This document shows positions 60,025 through 64,000 of a DNA stretch of 64,000 bases, piece after piece. Within the stretch, counting starts at the first letter, position 1. Every line of letters starts with the position of its first letter. Source of the stretch: Rotaria socialis (Eukaryota); contig CAJNYD010000013.1 in the NCBI GenBank assembly GCA_905331295.1, forward strand, positions 144,763 through 208,762, given 5' to 3'. The notes beneath the pieces are model-generated. The model did no database searches, was not told the DNA's origin, and saw only the letters and a program-made list of their open reading frames with translations. The position numbers and the translations under genes were made by a program.

Positions 60025-63000
60025 CTATGTTAGTTTGGTCGAATTGTGATACAGAAAATAAATGTTAGTAGTGAATATTGTTTGTATTTCTAGAATATAA
60101 ATAATTAGAAAATATAAAAACAAAAAATTCGAACGAAGGTGAATAAAATGTGATCATGTGAATGTAACGTGTAAATATATTGAAGTCAATATATATTCAT
60201 TGAATTAAGTATTGTTACCGATGTAATCTATATCTGTCATTGACTAAAGAAAGTACGCATTGATTAAAGAGAACGAATGGTAAACTATTGATGCGCATCT
60301 AAATGCAAATCATTCTTGATGAATTATTCTCCTTTTCGGCTCGTGGTTGTATCTATCTTGTTTTCTCACTTATTTTGTTTTTGTTTTTATTAGTAAGTAA
60401 CACGATAGGACATATTAGCAGATGACACGCACGCCTCTGTATTTTTTCTCTTCTTTCTCTCTATCCGTAAGGAGAATATTTTAAAATCTGTTCGATTGGA
60501 TTCGATCGCGTGATTTAAAAATCAATCAAAGAAAATATTTAATCACAAGTTTTTAATGGTTTACATATGATATGCATTGAAAGATCGAAGAGAATTAACT
60601 ACATGTAATCCTTGTTCCATTCGCAATTTATCTCTGTAATAAAATTCAATAGAAAACTTAAAATCTCAACTAATCAGTCTTACGCTTACATAGAAATAAA
60701 TTTTTCTTTTAGTTTCAATGCAAGCGACTAAACCCTTTTCTAGATGAAGATAAATATTCAAGCCTCTTTTTGTTTTCTATGTTATTCTTACAAACGTTTT
60801 TCCCGGTTTGTTCGCATTCATGCATATGAAAACTCTTGCAAAGTAACTATGCTCAAGGAAATCACCTAAATATATTATTGGCAAGGATCAATGATAGAAG
60901 TGTTTTTTTTTCTATTCGATCAATTTTATCTACATAAAAAAAAATTGTTAACCTTCCTTTTCCGTTAGTTTGCTCATGTAAATGCATACTCTGAGCACAA
61001 ACGGAAAAGAATAATAGTCACAATAGAAATGACTGATGGAGTTGTTAATTTCTTCATTGTTAGCTTTTCCAAATGGTAATATCGACTCAGTTACAATACT
61101 ACATGTAAACAACATGCATTGTATATAGATGCATCGAGGAAAAGAGCTGAAATTTGTGAATAATTCAGACATAACATTGGAAAATGTAGGACAGTAGGAG
61201 GTTGATAGTACTGCGATTATCATGATTATCAAATAAACAAGCACACTGGTTGATTACCAGAAGACTCATCGGGACTTTGGCAATGGTGAGTGTTGGTAGT
61301 AGGAAAAAATTCTAAGAGCTGATTGGCAAGGGACAATGGATTTTGCTAAATTTATTGCAAACACAAGGTCACACATTAGCAATGCCTATTTTGGCATAAT
61401 TGAAAATATTCTTGATCAAGCGTGATGTATATTAAGAACATGACAAGTGTATCCAACGATGATTATTAATCATCAAATATGAATGTGAAAATTTGACGTT
61501 CAATCTCAACCTTTGTATCCACTTAAACAGCATAATGTTTCACCGTAGAACAACAGTTCATTGTCTAGGAGAATTCCGATTCGCTCTTTTTCTCTTGCCT
61601 TTATTATTTATGTTCCGAGAGAAAAACAGCCTTTAAAATTTTCTAAATATATTTTTAATTAATAACGTTCTGTTTTTTATTAATTAATTTTCTTAATCAA
61701 AAATTTTGAAAAAAAGATAAAAAGTATTTATTTGAATAAATTATTAACATAACTGATTGATAGATCATACCTGAAATGAGATTTACGAGTCTTGACGTTG
61801 TTTTGATACGATTTAAGCTGTTGATTTCTTCAAGATCAAATCCCTGTCTTTGTACAAGGAATCATATAATTCGAAATTTTATCTAAAATAATTCGAAACA
61901 AAACAATATCTAAACTTACCAGAATTCTCTCTATAAAAGAAAAAATGGTTAGCAGTTATGCTCGTCTCCGATTCTATGAATTGGGAAATGCTTGATTTAT
62001 AACAAAAGCGCATAGAGCCCATGTGGCATGATTGATGAATTTTGGCAATCAAGTAATGACCAATATAAACACATCATTAGTCATTTTTCAGAACATTTTA
62101 TATAATATTGCATTTCAGATAACAAGAAATAATTAAAATGGATAAAATCCTTATCGGTTTTTTGATTTTCTACTATTCAAAAACAAATTGCAAATAAAGG
62201 ATTGAACTTTCTTTTTTTAATTACATTCTACTCGAGAATCATTTCAATTAATATAAACGATTCATAGTACAACATCATGCGGTATGTATTGCAAACAATA
62301 ATAGTTGTACAACTATCCTGCATACGATTAATTGATATGTCATTCACTCATGTACATATGAATGTCGATATGTGACTGTTATGTGATATTGTCTCATGCT
62401 CAAAAACACTAATGGCACATTGATGTCAATCAACAGCTAATAAATGTCGAAAAATTAAGCGGGCTTCATAGTTCTTAAATAGCTTATAAGGAACAGCATA
62501 TAACAGAGAAAAAGATCTTTAGAACGCAACATATTATACACGATAACATTGATCTAAGGAATGTTTACTATAAAAATCTTTTGTCTATTTTTATTTTATT
62601 AGCTTAATTTATTTCTATGCCAAAACAATCTAGTAATCTTATGTATGATGATTTACATTATGTAATTCTTTTAATCCAAAATAAATACGTCTCGACGTAA
62701 ATAGACGATTTTGTAAACTGAAAAACAGATTACTAAAGTATTATCACACTTTTGATAGAAAGCAGTACCTTCACACTGAATCAAATCCATTTAGCTAGAA
62801 GAAAAAAAGTATATTTTATCAACGAACAGAATAATTTTCTCGTAAAATAGAAATCCCAATGTGTTCGTATTTTCTATCATTAAAAGTGAATCAACTCATA
62901 ATCTCATTTCTAATGATACTTGAATGGTTTTCGAAGGATAAGTCAAATTATCTGACTTTATTACCGTACAGAAAGTAGTAAAAAGTAGTAAGTGACCTGT

Positions 63001-64000
63001 TGAAATATCAATTTGTTGATGGCATGCATCATAAAAATGAAGAGGAAAAAACGGCACATTAACACCTTATAGGATTTCTATAATGTATAATGAAAATATA
63101 AATCTTATTTAATAAAAAAAAGAAATCCTATAGGAAATCAATCCTCACACCAATGAAAGTTCTATACGGCTTCCAATTTTGACAATCATTGAAATAGAAT
63201 CGACTATCATGCAAGATAGCCCGTGAAATGAAACTGATCTATTTGAAAAATTGTTGTTCAGTAGCGTGTATAAATTACCCAACCAATTAAAAAATCGTGC
63301 TACTGAATATTGCAAATATTGAACAAGAAATAGTTAATGATAATCAATACGATTAATAATTTATATGAGAATGCCGATGCTCTTTATAGAATGGCTGTCA
63401 ACAGTATTCATCTAGATTTAAGTCCAATTATTCTCCGTTGTTGTATAACATAAACATGTCAGAAATTCTAACTTGTAGCTAAACGATTCTCATTGTTCTT
63501 TTCTTTTTGAAATAAAACAAAGAATATATTTAGTTTTTCTAGTTGATCTACTTTTTCTCCAGAACAGGTCAATTTCTGCCCATGAACGACTAGTTTTGTA
63601 ATTTCCCTTACATGTCAAAGCTATTTCATTGACATCAATCGTGTAAAACACTGTCATGAAAATTCATGTTTAAAAGACATTTACGTGCTTGATCGGAAAG
63701 ACACAGATTCGAAATGAGATGAAAATAAAAGGATTTGAAATCTTGTGCAAACAAAGTAGCTCACATAGAACAAGTCAAACTATTCGCATTACTCTATCTA
63801 ACAATATATAAATAAAAGAGAAAAAAGAAACTCGGGCTCATTTTTCTCTACCTGGCAAACAGCGTAATTAATAATTCTAGTAGAAGAAAGAAAATATTAC
63901 TGTAGCAGAGTTAATATCTGCTGAATATTAAAAATAAAAGGCTTCCTGTATTTAAAACGTAGAACGATCAGTCGCTTAAATCGCATAGAACGATTGAGAG

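Noticed and set aside
60900..64000. Short ORF 60948-61244 and exon-like pieces near 61770-61920
   Set aside because: No sustained frame or recognisable motif; may be ENTPD upstream/UTR sequence or decayed coding DNA.

Overview
AT-rich eukaryotic (animal) genomic DNA with many ~52-65 bp GT-AG introns. This architecture, plus the 84-bp LRR exons and the MITE types, suggests a bdelloid rotifer (inference, not provable from the window). Eleven apparently intact genes are visible: a PRD-class homeobox gene with an atypical 61-aa homeodomain, GET1/WRB, V-ATPase subunit F, SCAP, Tousled-like kinase, an MSK/RPS6KA5-type double kinase, an uncharacterised 2-exon gene, a clan-2 cytochrome P450, mitochondrial ATP synthase alpha, a PELP1-like protein and MYG1; an E-NTPDase (CD39 family) makes twelve. 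Intergenic DNA holds decayed non-autonomous elements. These include three hAT-type MITEs nested one inside another, each with its own 8-bp TSD; a 2.8-kb TIR element with a perfect TSD and a second internal right end; a pogo/Tigger remnant; a HINE/DINE-like element; and an LTR-like segment. Features absent from the ORF track: an 8-exon LRR pseudogene that ends at a (TGTGGG)n telomere-like tract, a small Q/RG-rich spliced gene that is restored by removing a MITE, and a start codon split by an intron. I saw no rRNA, tRNA, CRISPR array or clearly horizontally acquired gene, and no multi-gene novel system that I can support.
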